A stretch of DNA of 64,000 bases from Antedon mediterranea (taxonomy: Eukaryota > Animalia > Echinodermata): positions 7,373,812 to 7,437,811 of the forward strand of contig NC_092675.1 in the NCBI RefSeq assembly GCF_964355755.1, written 5' to 3'. A program made the translations under genes and the position numbers. Position 1 is the first letter of the stretch, and each line of letters opens with the position of its first letter. Below, piece by piece: positions 38,601 to 53,600 of the stretch. Under the pieces are notes generated by a model. That model had not been told where the DNA came from. It ran no database searches and was given only the letters and a program-made list of their open reading frames with translations.

Positions 38601-41600
38601 AGCATTATAATATAAGCCAAAATGTTGTTGACTTGGTCACCAAACAGGTAAAACTCTGGCAATGAAATAGCAACTTTGATTGCAGATGAAGATGCTCACT
38701 TGTTATACCAAAAACTGCAATATGACATCATTTATTTCATGTGTCATTTCAATTTTGGATGTTTCCATACACGTTTGATCCAATAGACTGGGGTAATAAT
38801 GTTTCACAACATTAGGCGCTATATAAATCCACGATATTATTGTATGAAAACTATTAATTTGATATCTAATTATTATACTATAAATTAAACTTATATTTAT
38901 GTGTGTAGGCCTACATATTACCACTAATTGCAAAGCATAGCTTAATGTTTATTGCATAATAATTGTTTAATGGGCTAAGGCGGCTATGTGCAGGTGTTCA
39001 CAGGTCCCCAGGGCACAGAGAACTACATGCACAACAGGCCTAGGATATGCGCAAAAGCAAGGCAAGTCAGAAATTTATGCGAGGCATCGTTTTACCATCA
39101 TCAAAAAATGCGAGGCATCATTTTATCATTTCCCAAAATTTAGGATCGATTATTATTCTTTGAAAACAGAACAGCATCAGCAGTAACATATTACAGCATT
39201 TTTATTGACAAATTAACAAATATATTGAGATTAAATGTGTTTTTCACCAATAAATGCATGAGAAATTGACGCATTCCACTTTGTTTTAGTCCTCTATTAT
39301 CATTTTGGCCGTGAAGCTAGTTAATTCTATTTCCTTATTCTGAATTGAAGGCATTATATATAATACTGTAGATGAAAAAAACCTCAAAACGAAACCTCTA
39401 CTTCCTCTGGTATCCAGTATCATTTACTACTATGGCTTATGCTATCATCTTACTGTACACTATTGATAATTTTATAAATTACAGTACCTTTTTTTTGTAA
39501 ACATTTTGTACTGTACTTTTATAAGTGTTACCCCAAATGTCACAACAATCATTAATATATGGTAATATCAATGCATAAATAAATAAATTATACACTACTT
39601 TTTAGCAGTTTTCTCAATTTATATATTATTATTATACTGATGTATTTATCAATTGTTGTTTGTATACATTTAACATGTTTGTTTTTTTAACAATTTTACA
39701 ATCTATTTCTATTCCGAGAAATGTTTTGATATAAATACGTTGTTGTTGTATTGAATTGATTCTGTGAAATCTATTTGACCAACTCTTTCATTATCATTAT
39801 GAACAAACAATTTGAACATTGTAGTCAACTTATACCAGCCACGATATGACTTTAATGAAAAAAACAATCGTTACATAAAAATAAACAACATAGCATGATG
39901 AGTGTATACACGAATCTATTTCGATACGCTAGGCCTATTTTAAAAATATAAATAATTGATTATTAGGCCTATAATATAGCATAATAGCACGTTAAGAAAT
40001 GCCTCGCACCTTTTTGAAATTGTAAACTATGCCTCGCACCTTTTTGAAATTGTAAACTATATGCCTCGCTTGCCTCACACTTATACTTGGTGTGCCTCGC
40101 TGCCTCACACAATCGAATTGGAACAATACAATGAAAACCCCAGGTCTAATGGTTAGAAGATCTGCATATCAAGCAGAAGGTTCCGGGTTTGAATCTCGGA
40201 GAGGGCTTTTTCTCATTCTCACAGGCTTCGTCATTTTTATTTTTTCTAATTAATTAAATTTCATTATATCGGGCGGATTAGAATTTATTCTGTGATGTTT
40301 ATATACTGTATATATATATATTTTTTTTTCTCTTTTGTGGCGCAAACGCTACTTTTATTCACATTCCTATTATCTCATGTCATTAAATCATATTATTTAA
40401 CACATTTTTGTTAATTCCAAATGTCATCAGTAACATTTTTACATTTATGAATTCCGTATTACCTCCTTTTTTCATTAATTTTCTTATATTTTTCTAAACA
40501 CTTGACAATGATCATCATTATCATCTATCTCGTTTTAAAATATTTTACACATAAAGAACAATCCCTTTGTGAGTTTTTCATTTGTTTGTTTGCCTCGCAC
40601 TTTGTTACTACCCTGTGTGTGTGTGTGTGTGTCTAAAATAGGCGCCATCTTTGATTTCAACATGGCGGCTGTTTACAACTTTAATAACAATATATTTGGA
40701 ATCCTCAGTATCACAAACATAGGTACTGTATAGACATCATTTCTAAAAATGTTACTTTTATGTCAAGTTATAAGCCAAAATACGTTTTAAATGGCGACCA
40801 TCTTGAATTCCAACATGGCGACTGAAATAGAATATTTACAACTTTAATAACAATATATTTGGAATCCTCAGTATCACAAACATAGGTACTGTATAGACAT
40901 CATTTCTAACCTACTATGTTACTTATATGTCAAGTTATAAGCCAAAATATGTTTTAAATGGCGACCATCTTGAACTCCAACATGGAGGCTGAAATAGAAT
41001 ATTTACAACTTTAATAACAATATATTTGGAATCCTCAGTATCACAAACATAGGTATAGAAACTATTTTTAACTTGCTATGTTAATTAAAAGTCAAGTTAT
41101 AAGCCAAAATACGTTTAAAATGGCGGCCATCTTGGATTTCAACATGGCGGCTGAAATAGAATATTTGCAACTTTAATAACAATATATAGTTGGAATCTTT
41201 ACTATCACAAACATAAACATAGGTATAGACACCATTTTTAACTTGCTACGTCACTTAAAAGTCAAGTTATAAGCAAAAATAAGTCTGAAATAGCGGCCAT
41301 TTTGTTTTTCACATTTTAAGGGTGAAGATCTAAAAATTGAACCGGGTAAACAGCAAATTTGAATTCAGCACCCCAAAATTACCCTAAAACACATGTTTAT
41401 TCGCTTTTAACACGAAATGCCTACATGAGTGGAAATATGACTATCTGGACTAGTCTATAAGGATACAAGCAATGCGGCGAGAGTTGGATTCGAACCTCGA
41501 TCTCACAATCAGTATTCGAACGTCCAACACAATGCGCCACACGCCCTTGTCCATCAATGACCAATAACAGTTTTGTAACCTACCTATACCAATAACAATA

Positions 41601-44600
41601 ATGCCAATTGTGACCCTGAAGGTTTAGACAATTTAATCTATACTCTTCTAAGAGGACACATATTTAGAAGAATTTTTTCTTTTGAAATATATTTTTGTTT
41701 GTTTAATTCAACAGTGTATTAACATTGACAGATTCAAAGCTGTTGAATCAGAAGAAAAGTTGGTTAACATTGCAACAGAGCTATTGACAAACCAGTCATT
41801 CTGGGCAGGTGTGTATGTACCCCTCTTTTTATTTAGGAAACTATGATGTTCTTTGGTTACTTTTTAATTCATAAATTGTGAATAGTGTATAACAATTATA
41901 TTTTACATAAATATTTTTGTATTAGCGAATGTCGTTGTTTTGTCCAGTGTCTTGATTTTTATTATTATGTTTTTTAATATATTTTTGTTTTTTATTAGTA
42001 CATGCCATGAGTATTTGTAATATATATATTGTAATATTGTATTTATTTATCTAATTTTTAATTGTAAAAGACACTTTATTTCAGCTTTTGGCTGCCACTG
42101 TATTTTAATTTTTTGGAAATAACAATGTTGTGAAACCTCTAAGCGCTGAACATTATTACCCCAGTCATTTTGGATCAAACATGTATGGAAACATACTCCC
42201 ATAATGCAGCTAGTAATCAGCGCAAAATTGTGTGTTGATCTAACCGGGCAATTAAGTAAAGTATCTTGCCTACAGATACAAGCAATGCAGTGAGAGTTGG
42301 ATTCGAACCTCGATCTCACGATCAGTAGTCCAACGTCCAACATACTGCGCCATACTGCCTCTCCATGAAAGGAATGATACTCTAGTTTTAAAGTCAGAAA
42401 GTCAAATACTTGAGTGTACTTTTTCTTTTTTTTAGGCATTATATTTTTAGAAATGGAAGATGCCGGTAACACAATACCAAAACATGTAAAATACAAAATA
42501 AGAATGGACTCGGATAGAGTTGAAAAAACTAAGTACCTTATGGACAGGTAAAGCATCCATAATAAAAGGAACATTTGAGGAAGAAAGAATATAGAAAGTT
42601 GTAAAACGAAAATACTTAGAATAGTGCAGCAAAATATGTCAACCTTGCCATCATGTGTTAAAGGCCAATTTACACAGACGAGCGGTATAACGATAATAAA
42701 AATATAGAATGTTATTCCTTAAGACCATTTACACATCCGCTAAGGATGGATACAGATTCTATGTTGGACAATCTAACCAACAACCATCAACAAATGATGG
42801 AGAGAGGAGTTTGGATTGATGCGATACATAGACATACTGCAGACTTGCATGCAATATATCCCATGTGTTAGAAAGGTTTATACTTTCAGGTGGCAGGTGA
42901 AATGAATATCTACAAATTTGATTTTTAGATTTGTTTAGACGTACAGTTATATATGATTTCATTTTGGTCTATTAGGCAGTTTAATTATTCAATAATACTT
43001 CATTTGATAATTTGAATTAACTAAATCATAATATTATCTTTGTATCGCCTACTCTTATTCTCATTACCATTGTGTAGAGTTGTATTTACAATTTTTATTT
43101 CATTTATTCCGTCAGAAAAGAACAAAAAGAAAAAAAATCAAAATTAAAAAAAAACAGTTAACCAGAAAGCGAAATGAATCATTGTAAAGTGGCTCACCAA
43201 ATCTTAATACAAATATGAATTATTATATTATATAAAGGTATTGGTCACCCGGTCCGAGAGGTGGTATATCATTTGACTTGAAGTATATTCAGAGTGGCTT
43301 TGTGTATATTCAGGACATGGTTGAACATGGTATCATTAAGGCATCTACAGGTGTTGAAGAAACCGGTGCAGGCATATATATACAACAGTTCCCTTATCCC
43401 TGTTACATTGATGATTTGTAAGTATAGTTGTTTAATTTTTAAGCAGTTTCAGCTTCTGCTTTTACGGATTTTTTAGAGAGCTTTTCCAACATTCGTAAGT
43501 CCTTGATTGACACCGAGTGTTTAAGGTGATGTCGTGAATAATGTTGCCAAACTTCCGACAGCATAATAAAATTAAAATAAACCTGAGTTTGATAAAAAAC
43601 ATTTTTGCAAACTGCTTAAAAAATTGCAAAACGTTTTACGTGTTTCCAAATTGTATAGTATTCGTTTATATAAGATTCAGCTATTTTGAGTTCCAGTAAA
43701 TTTTCTCTTGGAAACCATAAATTCTCCAAATAGTTTAGAACATACATTTATGAAAGCTAGACATTTTGTTTGGTAGGATTGTCTATGATAAAATGAAAAT
43801 ATGAATTATATATACAGTATATTATATTACTTATTATGTCTATATCATTTCTTAACTTCAAAAATTTAATGTAAGTACAATTCTAAAATACACTTGAATT
43901 GAACGTTATTAGTGATAATACTTAAATACAAAACATGTTTATTTTGTTCACAGGTTTGTATTTGAACTGTCTGGTGCCCTCCCACTGTGGATGATCATCT
44001 CATGGGTTTATTCCGTTGCCATGATCATAAAGAGCATCGTGTATGAGAAAGAGAATCGCTTGAAGGAGGTTATGAAAGTGATGGGTTTGAGCAACGGGGT
44101 TCACTGGGTGGCCTGGATGATCAATGCCTTTAGCGTCATGTTTATCAGTTCACTTTTACTTATTTTTGTAATCAAGGTATGACTTTGTTTTCACGTCTTA
44201 GATTATTACAAAAAATTCTCCCTGCATTTAAAGTTTGAATGATTTTAGTAGTACTATTTGTAGATGACTTTGATAGCTATGTTTGTTAGAACGAAAATTC
44301 AATTTTGTTACTATGGCAGGCCACAGCTGCCTTAAACTTTCAAACACATTGTATTATATTATACTATGTATGCCATAAAAATCTGTATAGTGTAATGTTA
44401 TTTTGACTATGGCAAGCCACAGCTGCCTTAAGCTTACAAACACATTATTGTAGAATCTTGATAATTGAGCTTGAGAATGACCCCATAATGGGTTCAAATC
44501 TTTATACGTGTTAATTTTAAATATTCATTGACCTTGACGGGGTCAAATTTTACTTTTGAATGTTTTATTGTATTAAATTTTTAATAATAATATTAATAAT

Positions 44601-47600
44601 AACAAAATAATTTTTTTTGTCTACAGCAAGGACAACTATTGCTCTACAGTGACCCAACAGTTCTGCTGTTCTTCTTCTCGTCCTTCAGTATTTCAACTAT
44701 ATCACTATGCTTTCTCATAAGCGTGTTCTTTTCACGTGCCAACCTAGCAGCTGCGTGCGGTGCAGTCATTTACTTCTTTACGTATGTACCGTATAGTATG
44801 GCGTACTCATGGGATGAGTATATGTCAACAGGAGCAAAGTACGCTGTTGTAAGTGACGCCTTATGTTTCTATTATTTTGATATTTTATTATTAAGGCTGT
44901 TCCGATTATGACATCTACAGAATACCACTTTCGTACTTATTATGAGGAAGTTTTATGCACCTTCATACATTGTTTCTTATTGTTTTCATAGCAGTCAGTC
45001 TTCTAACTTTCAAGAAGAGATATTATTATATACTAACTATTGATTAATGGCTGAGTGGTCCATTCTTAATATAATGTAATATTTTAGATACAAAGCACAT
45101 TTATTTCATATGTTTTTATACTATATATGCATTTTTAAATAAAAATACCAATATATATATTATTCCTTTAATAGTCATAAATCATTAATTATTTGTCATT
45201 GGCTTTCTCTATCTTTATTACAGTCTCTTTGTAATACCATTGCATTTGGTTATGGAACAACTTACTTAGCTTACTATGAGATCCAAGGTACTGGTGTGCA
45301 GTGGTCTAACATTGCTGAAAGCCCAATAACTGGTGAGGGTGGATATGGCTTCCTACAGTCTATCATCATGATGTGGGTGGACACTGGCATCTACTTGCTT
45401 CTAGTCTGGTATATCGAAGCTGTGTTTCCAGGTTAGTTTTCACTTTGTGCCCAATTTTATAAAATAAATTGCTATTAATTTATAGCCATACACTTTGTTT
45501 TGTATATAATTATATAATAATGTGTATGTCGTGGTTCAAAACAAAAAAAGGAGAATACACTTTGATTCTTTCCTTCTATCCGATTTATTAGTTTCGTATT
45601 GTACTCCAGCATCAAATCATTATACAAATCATTTAAAGTACAAGAATTCAAGCCCTGCAAAATATGAATAAACAAATAACAACCACTGTATCTAACAGTC
45701 AATTATATCAATAAGTAAATAATGCACCAATCCAACAACGAACAATCAAAATATAATAGTACCTCAAGTTATACAACACCAAACGTATGACACAGCATCA
45801 ACTCGTGATAACTCCTGACTATTATACCTCTGAATCTAAGATAAATATTGTAAATGCAAGTTTCATTAATTGTAAGCATGATTATAGTTAACATATTTTA
45901 AATCAGTTGCTTATACATATATAAGTTAAGCTTAGTACTTACAAAATAAGAACATAGCAATATTAACACAACGAACAAAAGAACCTGCACAGTCTTATAT
46001 ACTTGCTTGATACTTGCTTGATGTTATGGGTCAGTTAGAAAGCTAAATATAGCTTATATGACCCTTCCTGTCTTCTTATGACCAAAATATAGGTGCTTAG
46101 GGCTCCGGGTGTACACATAATGTTCCAAAGTGTTTATAAATGTGAAAAAGTAAACTTGCAGTCAAGGGACTTCCAATGATCATTGAGGAGTGACTTGAAT
46201 AGATTTAAATTTGGTGCTTTTACAACATTAGATGGTAAGCTATTCCACGAGTCCACAACTCTACAACTGAAGGAAAACTTCCTGGAAGCCTAAACTTGTT
46301 TTTATATATAACTTGTATTCATGACCTCTAGTTCTATGACAATCAACAAATGTAAAAAACTTTCTGCATTCTATAGCGTCAAGACCATTTATAATTCTGA
46401 AGATTAAATATATCAGAACTATAACATAGCGAGAGCCTGAAACACAACGAACATAAACCCCGCTTCGCTTACGCACGGACAGTGTCACCTGTATTCCAAT
46501 TACAGAATGACTATGCAGCGCCATCAATACACAATTAATTCCAAATCATTACATGTAATCCAAATATAATACAGTAGAACGCCTCCTTTGGGACACCTCT
46601 ATTCAAGGGACACTTTCCAATAAATTGAATGGAGGGCACTATATGTTTTAACACTACTACTAACTATTCAGGGGACATCACCATTAGGGGGATAATTTGT
46701 AATTCATACAAGTATATAAACTCTCTATAATAATCACAACTACGAACAGCATCAGTACAGTATTGTAACATCAATGTGATATAACATAATGATTTCAGTA
46801 TTAAACCAATCCTTGAGTTTACTGTACAATATTTATGTTATTACTAGGAAAATATAAAACCAACTAATACTACCACTACCTATCCGGACAACTACACAGT
46901 CTTTATCATCTAGCAGCAGCATCACCTACCCATCTGACAGTATTATCAATGACACTTTCACTGGACGGGCTAGGCCCTGCTACTATGTATGTACGTACAT
47001 AGCCTCTAACTAGGCTAGATTAGCTAGAGGCCTAGACCATCATTCTTCTAAGACATTAGACGGCCTAAATAAAGTCAATGATTCCGAACCAAATTCCCAA
47101 ATGATTCCACAGTGAATATAAAACATAAGTTTAGAAAATAAACATCCTTACCATGCCATTCCATCAAAAGGCTCTCGGTTCTCCCATGCTTTAACATACC
47201 TCGCTGTGTTTGTTTACCTTTGTATATCCACTAAAAGGTCAAACTGACGGTGACCTCGCGAACGAGAAACGTGTCTATTTTGCAGAGTATAAGTACTTGC
47301 TTTATTTTTTTTTTTAGCACGATAGCGCCTACAATTTTAAAGTTCATTCTGAATTTTTCAGTGTAAATAGATATATACTTTAACAGAACATGCTTATTGA
47401 AATTAAAGAAAATCGGTTTATTAACTACACAAATAAAAAGAAGAAAAATTTGCATTTTTTAAACATAAGGCGAAATATCAACATGTGCCCTCTGTGGTAA
47501 TATTTTGCCACGTACTTCACTCAGTTTCTGAGTGCTTTCATTGTGATTGTCTTGTTTTTCAATAAAGGTCAGTATGGCATGCCTCGTGAATGGTACTTTC

Positions 47601-50600
47601 CTTTCACTAAACACTACTGGTTTGGAATAAGTGAAAATGTGGACACTAGTGAGTCATGTGAACTTGGAACATTGTCAGACAGTGAGTATTTTATTTATTT
47701 TATTTTTATTCTGCATTTTTGACTAAAACCTGATAAAGAAGTTCTCAATGCAAACATAGAGCAAAATAAATAGTGATCCAAATGCATTTTTTTCATGGCT
47801 ACTGTTTGTTTTAGTTTAGGTTCGTTTTTTATTGTACTTAATCATTTTTGAATATTTTTTTGTTTTTTTAGATGACCCCACAAAATTTGAACGTGACCCA
47901 GAGCATCTTACTTTAGGCGTTTCAATCAGAAACCTTGTCAAGGTCTACAAGCTAGGGAAGAAGGTTGCTGTAGATGGCTTAAATCTGAATTTCTATGAAG
48001 GTCAAATCACATCATTCCTTGGCCACAATGGTGCTGGTAAAACTACAACAATGTAAGTTATATGTATGGAAATAATGTTATTGGGAAACTATCTACTGTA
48101 ATTAATTTAACAATTATCTAATTCCTTTTTCACATGACATAAATATGTTTACAGTTTTTAGGTTTTATAATATGTTTGTTGAGACATATTTTTATTTCCA
48201 ATTGGACAAGTCTGTTGATTCCCGTAACTTTAATGATTGACAATAGGGACTTTTAGATTTGAGTCAACGTTAATGAAGTCCACGTCCACATGGGTCGTTA
48301 CTGTTACTCGTCGACAAATATATGAACGTTTAGATTAAGGGAACGTTGGTATGACAGTGAACGTAATGACCCTGTGATCATCTGATCTTGTAAACTCTAG
48401 TAGCACTCATCCATGAAGGTATTTCACTGCAATGGGCCAGTGTAAGTACACAGGTTTAGGCCAGGCTAAGTGTGTAGCTTTGACCTAGTTTAGATCTTTA
48501 ATTTTCTGAACAAAGACTGCCGTCCTAGTGATGAGACCCAATCCATAACCTGTATTATTAAAAGCTTTATTTAAAATAACCAATGGATATCATGATATTT
48601 TGTCATTCTGTCTCTGTAATAAGAGTCCGATAATTAATGTTAATGTAATTTAAATTGTTTTATTTTCAGGTCGATCCTAACAGGTCTGTTTCCTCCTACA
48701 AGTGGATCGGCATATATTTACGGCAAAGATATCCGTAAAGACATCACCGAGATTCGACGAAGTCTTGGCACATGCCCTCAACATAATGTGCTTTTTGATA
48801 AGTATGAATGATCTTGTTTTATTTTGTTATTGTCTATGTTCTTTTCCTGTGTTCATTTATTTTAGGTTGATAAACCATGTTCAATGTTTGTACTCTTTAT
48901 ATTAACATTATTGTTTGGACATTTCTTTTCTTAAATTGAATATTGGAATTCTGTTGATGTAGATAATGTTGTAAAATGATTACCATTACCCATTTCCTTT
49001 TCTCTTCTTTTTTTTCATAATTTTTATGGTGTTCATTTTTTTTTCACAGCATGTCTGTTATTGAACATCTGTGGTTTTATGCCCGTCTGAAAGGAGCAGA
49101 GAATGACGTCCGCATCGAGATGGAACAGATTTTACAAGACATCGGTCTGCCGCACAAACGAAATGAATTATCTAAAAATCTGTCAGGTAAAATTTGTATT
49201 ATATTTGTATACAGTTTCCAGGTTGAAATTGAATAGTTAGTTCAAAATCTCAGAGTCCATTCCATTTTGTGTCTAATCATTTCCTACTTTCTTAAGCCCT
49301 GTCTACACTATCAAACTTTATGTAAAAAAAAAATGTGATGTACCCATATATGGACACGATGATGTCAATAGCACTACCATATTTAAGCATATCACTACCA
49401 TATTTGGGCACATCACACTTTTTTTGTCAAACTAGTTTGATAGTGTGGATAGAGGTTAAGTCTTATGAAACTTTGAATGTATTTATTGTTACTTTACTAG
49501 GTGGTATGAAGCGTAAGCTTTCCATTGCTATGGCTTTTGTTGCTGGATCACGTACAGTGGTCTTAGATGAACCAACTGCAGGTGTTGACCCGTATGCCCG
49601 AAGAGAAATTTGGGATTTGCTGAGTAAATATCGACGAGGTAAGTATGGAAAGATTAATTGTTGCATTGAAAAAATTAGCCAATGAGTCAATTATGCTAAC
49701 AAGATGTCCTATATTGATTTTGGTGTTTTACTGGCAGTGCCTCGTCCTTCGGATGGGCCTTTAAGCTGTGTACATACAGTGCATGTTAAAGAACCTGTTC
49801 TATTCGAAAAGAGTAGGGTATTGTCTCCTATTGATCTAGGTAGTAGGTGCACTGCTTGCTGCTGTGCGTTTGTAGAGGGCCTCATCCAAATTTCTTTAGT
49901 GCATGAGGATGGTTCTTCTTGTTTTAAATTTGTTTTATACACTTAAGTGCATAGATATTTAGTTATCTACTAAAGAATTTTAAACATTGAGTTAACCAAG
50001 TGGAATTTGTAATTATTTTATTCTAGGCCGCACTATTATTATGTCCACTCATCATATGGATGAAGCGGATATTCTAGGTGATCGCATCGCAATCATTTCC
50101 CAGGGTAAATTATGTTGCTGCGGTACATCATTGTTTCTGAAGAGTCGTTTCGGACAGGGTTACTACTTAGTCCTGGCAAAAAAAGTGGGTAAAGGTAACC
50201 CAAAGATTGCAGATATGGAAATGAAAGTGAAAGGAGTCATGGATATACCACCATTGAATGAAATAACGGTGAGTATTTGGGTTTGTAACACCTGTACAGT
50301 CAGTCAGTTATAATAATTAAGGCAGCTTAAATGTTCTCATTGTTAAGTTAACTGTATTGTATTGCATTATTTTTTTTTTTAGCTAAGTCTTGAAGACCTA
50401 GATAAAGATGAAGGTGTTGGATCAGAAACTGCTTCTGATTCTGCCACAGAATACGCAGTGAAGCCAGAAAATGCTGGAGCATGTGGAGGTACAGATATAA
50501 CAGGTAAGTAAAGAAAAAAAGTATAATCTAACTATATAATTTGGCACAAAAGACTATGATTACCTCACAAATCCAATAAGGTTTATCGCAAATTGCGTGA

Positions 50601-53600
50601 GTGATGCATAATGGGAAGGGTTTGGGAGCAATAGCGCCACCACCAGTATATAAAGTTTGTATTATACCGGTGGCGCTATTGCTCCCAAACCCTTCCCATC
50701 ATGCATTGTGCAATGACGTGTCTTGCGAAATCAAGGTATTTGCGATAAACCTTATTACAATAGAGCCTCTCCTTCGGGAAACCTATTATATGGATATATT
50801 GTTGGTTCCCGAAGATGTCCCCTTAATAGGGGTTCTACTGTGTGTTTTAAAAGTGTATTTGACTAATGTTCATATTGAGAAACATTACAGTAAAGTTTTC
50901 ACAATGATTGTTTTTTTTTCTTTGTCAAATAACAAAGTTATTCTGACATTCGTTTTAGTTGAATAAGTAAATGTTATTTTGTTATCAGATCACGGACAGT
51001 GCTCTGTATCAGAACTGACAAAATTTATTCAACGACACATTCCTGATGCAAAGGTGAACGAGGCGTTTGGCACAGAGGTGTCGTACGTCCTACCAACAGA
51101 TGCAGCAGAGGGTGGAGCATTTGAGGCTCTATTTAAAGATCTTGAGAGTAATCTGGACTTACTACATATCAATAGTTATGGCATATCAGACACAACACTT
51201 GAAGAGGTAAAGTTACTATTTCATTAGTGCGGGATACATCAACTGTTGTATTGCAGTGTGATTTATTATTGTGATTTTTAAATTGGATAATTATTGGATA
51301 AATGTGATAATTTTTAACCTTTGACCTGAAGGACAAATTGTTGCGTTGTGATTGGGCATCTGGTTGTTTGGTAATGACTGATCATGCGAACTTTATTGGT
51401 TAGAAAATTAACCGATAATTTGAATTTAGTTGCGAAAACACAGCCCTATAGTCTACAATATGAAATGTTATCAAACAGCAAGTTCGCTAGTGTAGATTAG
51501 GCTTAAACAAATTCAGGCATTTGAAGAATTTTTCTGGCTTTATTGATAAATAGGTTTAGTATTTCACTTTACATCATTGTCAAATAGATATTTAAGAATT
51601 TCCCTTAAGTGCTATTCTAATTTAGGAGAATTTGAATAGTAACTTTTTTCCTTAAATGGTAAATACGGCCACTTGAGTTTGGTTGTCTGAAGTAAAACTG
51701 TAACTTTAAAAAAAAATCCACATATACAAAAGAGAAGTATAAAACAATAGCTTCTTATTTTTATTTCACACATTGTTTTCTAGGTGTTTTTGAAAGTTGC
51801 TGAAGAGACCGGCGTTGACTCCGCTGAAGGTGAGATTCTGACAGACAGTGGCCGTCTTCCACGCCCCTTCCTTGGGCGTGGCAGCTTACGCCGGCAAAGT
51901 TATCGTATGCCTAATTTGAGTTGTTCCGATGATCAGCAGAATTTATTGGATGATGATGGTAATAATATTTTTTTTTTTTTACTCTTTCTAATTATTTCAA
52001 TATTAATATTTTTGATGTGAAAAGAAAAATAACTAAACAAGTGTATTTGGTGGTAAAATAAAAAATACACAGTTTTGGGAAAAGTTAAATTCCATGAATC
52101 ATCAAGATCTTATTTGTGGCAAAAATATATAATTTCTGATTCTAAATTAAATTTTTTTCTAAAATCTCTTTTTCATTTTTTATTTTTATTTGCACATGCA
52201 TTTCTCCTTAAGTTGGTATGTTTATTTGTTTCTCTTTTAATAAATTATGTTTAATGTATTGATTTATTCATTGCTAATTTAAAATGTATTTAAATGTGTA
52301 AAAGTAACACATAAACATACCCAGTTATAAGCTAAAGTATTTGTAGAGCTTCATTCTTGTGTGTGCATGTGTGTTTTTTCTTTGAACTGATTATCATTTT
52401 TTAAGAAAGGCATTGTATTGGCAGTTATTGTTAACACATAATTAATTACAAATAATGAAAATAATAATTATATTTCATCTCTGTTTTCCTTTTACCTTCA
52501 ATTTGTCTCTCCATCACCACCACACCCGATCTCAAAACATCTCTGTACCCATCCATAAAACCAACTCATTCCAACACAATATAGATACTCCGTACCCTAA
52601 CTGTGGAATAATCTTCCATCCACCATTTCAGACTCTGTCTCTCAGAATGGTTTTTTTTTTTATAAAAAATTATATCTTTTCTAAATACTATCCATTCATG
52701 TCTTGAACCCCTGCCACAAGATGTTTTTTTGTTTTCATCTTCATCACCAGGGCATCTGCCTTCAAACTCTGATCTCATATAATTTTGTTGTTGCTTTGTA
52801 TGTTATTATCTTTTATGTTAGAATATGTAAATAAATGTTATGAAATTTGATTGCAGAATGTGATAAAGTCCATCACGAGACTCTGGCTGATCATGATGAA
52901 CAAGATGAGGATGTCAAAATATTAAATGTGGCACAACATAGAGTGTCCTAATATTTCTACCTAGACTTGCCCCAAGTTATATTTTCTTTCTCTACCGCAT
53001 GGCATTCTGATTAACTAGAGTGATTCCAGCGTAAGTATAGGTATGACACGCCATCTGTGCCAAAATGTTAAGAAAAATCACCATCTAGAACCCATGACAA
53101 ATTTATACCATGTTTACAAATTATGAAATTTTGTAATTACTTGTAGAATATATGTCGGTGTCTACTCAAGACAACCGCTCAGAGGTCAGCGGGGAAGAGC
53201 GCAGAGTTAAAGGTTTAAATCTTGTACGTAGACAGTTCTGGGCGCTTTTTATTAAGCGTTTCCATAATGCGAGAAGAAGTAAGAAAGGTGTTTGTGCACA
53301 GGTAAGTTGAATGTTTTAAATCTTATTTAATATAATAATGTTTATTCACTCCTACATAATACAATATACATAGGCATAATACAAAAGGAATGAAACTGTT
53401 TCGGTTGTCTAATGGTTAGTGGATTAACGAAGAATACGTCAATACAGCAATAGAACTTTATGAAACTTTATTCATCGCACGTGTCTGTTGTGTATGCTCG
53501 AGATTGCTTAGATATATATTTGATAAATTAAGTCTCATTTGAGACTTAGGAAAAGTAAAGAGAGTTATGAGTTACCTCATGTCATTATGTCAGGATTGTA

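Noticed and set aside
38990-40615. hAT-like element suggested by gcctcgca/tgcgaggc repeats
   Set aside because: Could not define matching TIRs or an 8-bp TSD
40636-41300. CRISPR-like or satellite array
   Set aside because: Contiguous ~165-bp tandem units without unique spacers, inside a transposon arm in eukaryotic DNA
42270-42362. tRNA gene candidates (also ~40143, ~41470, ~54590)
   Set aside because: A/B boxes are present, but there is no intact cloverleaf and they continue into repeat bodies, so they are SINE heads
42047-42574. 175-aa minus-strand ORF
   Set aside because: Antisense to ABCA exon 16 plus a SINE; no protein-like features
50601-50966. 121-aa ORF in intron 27
   Set aside because: Reads through two MITEs
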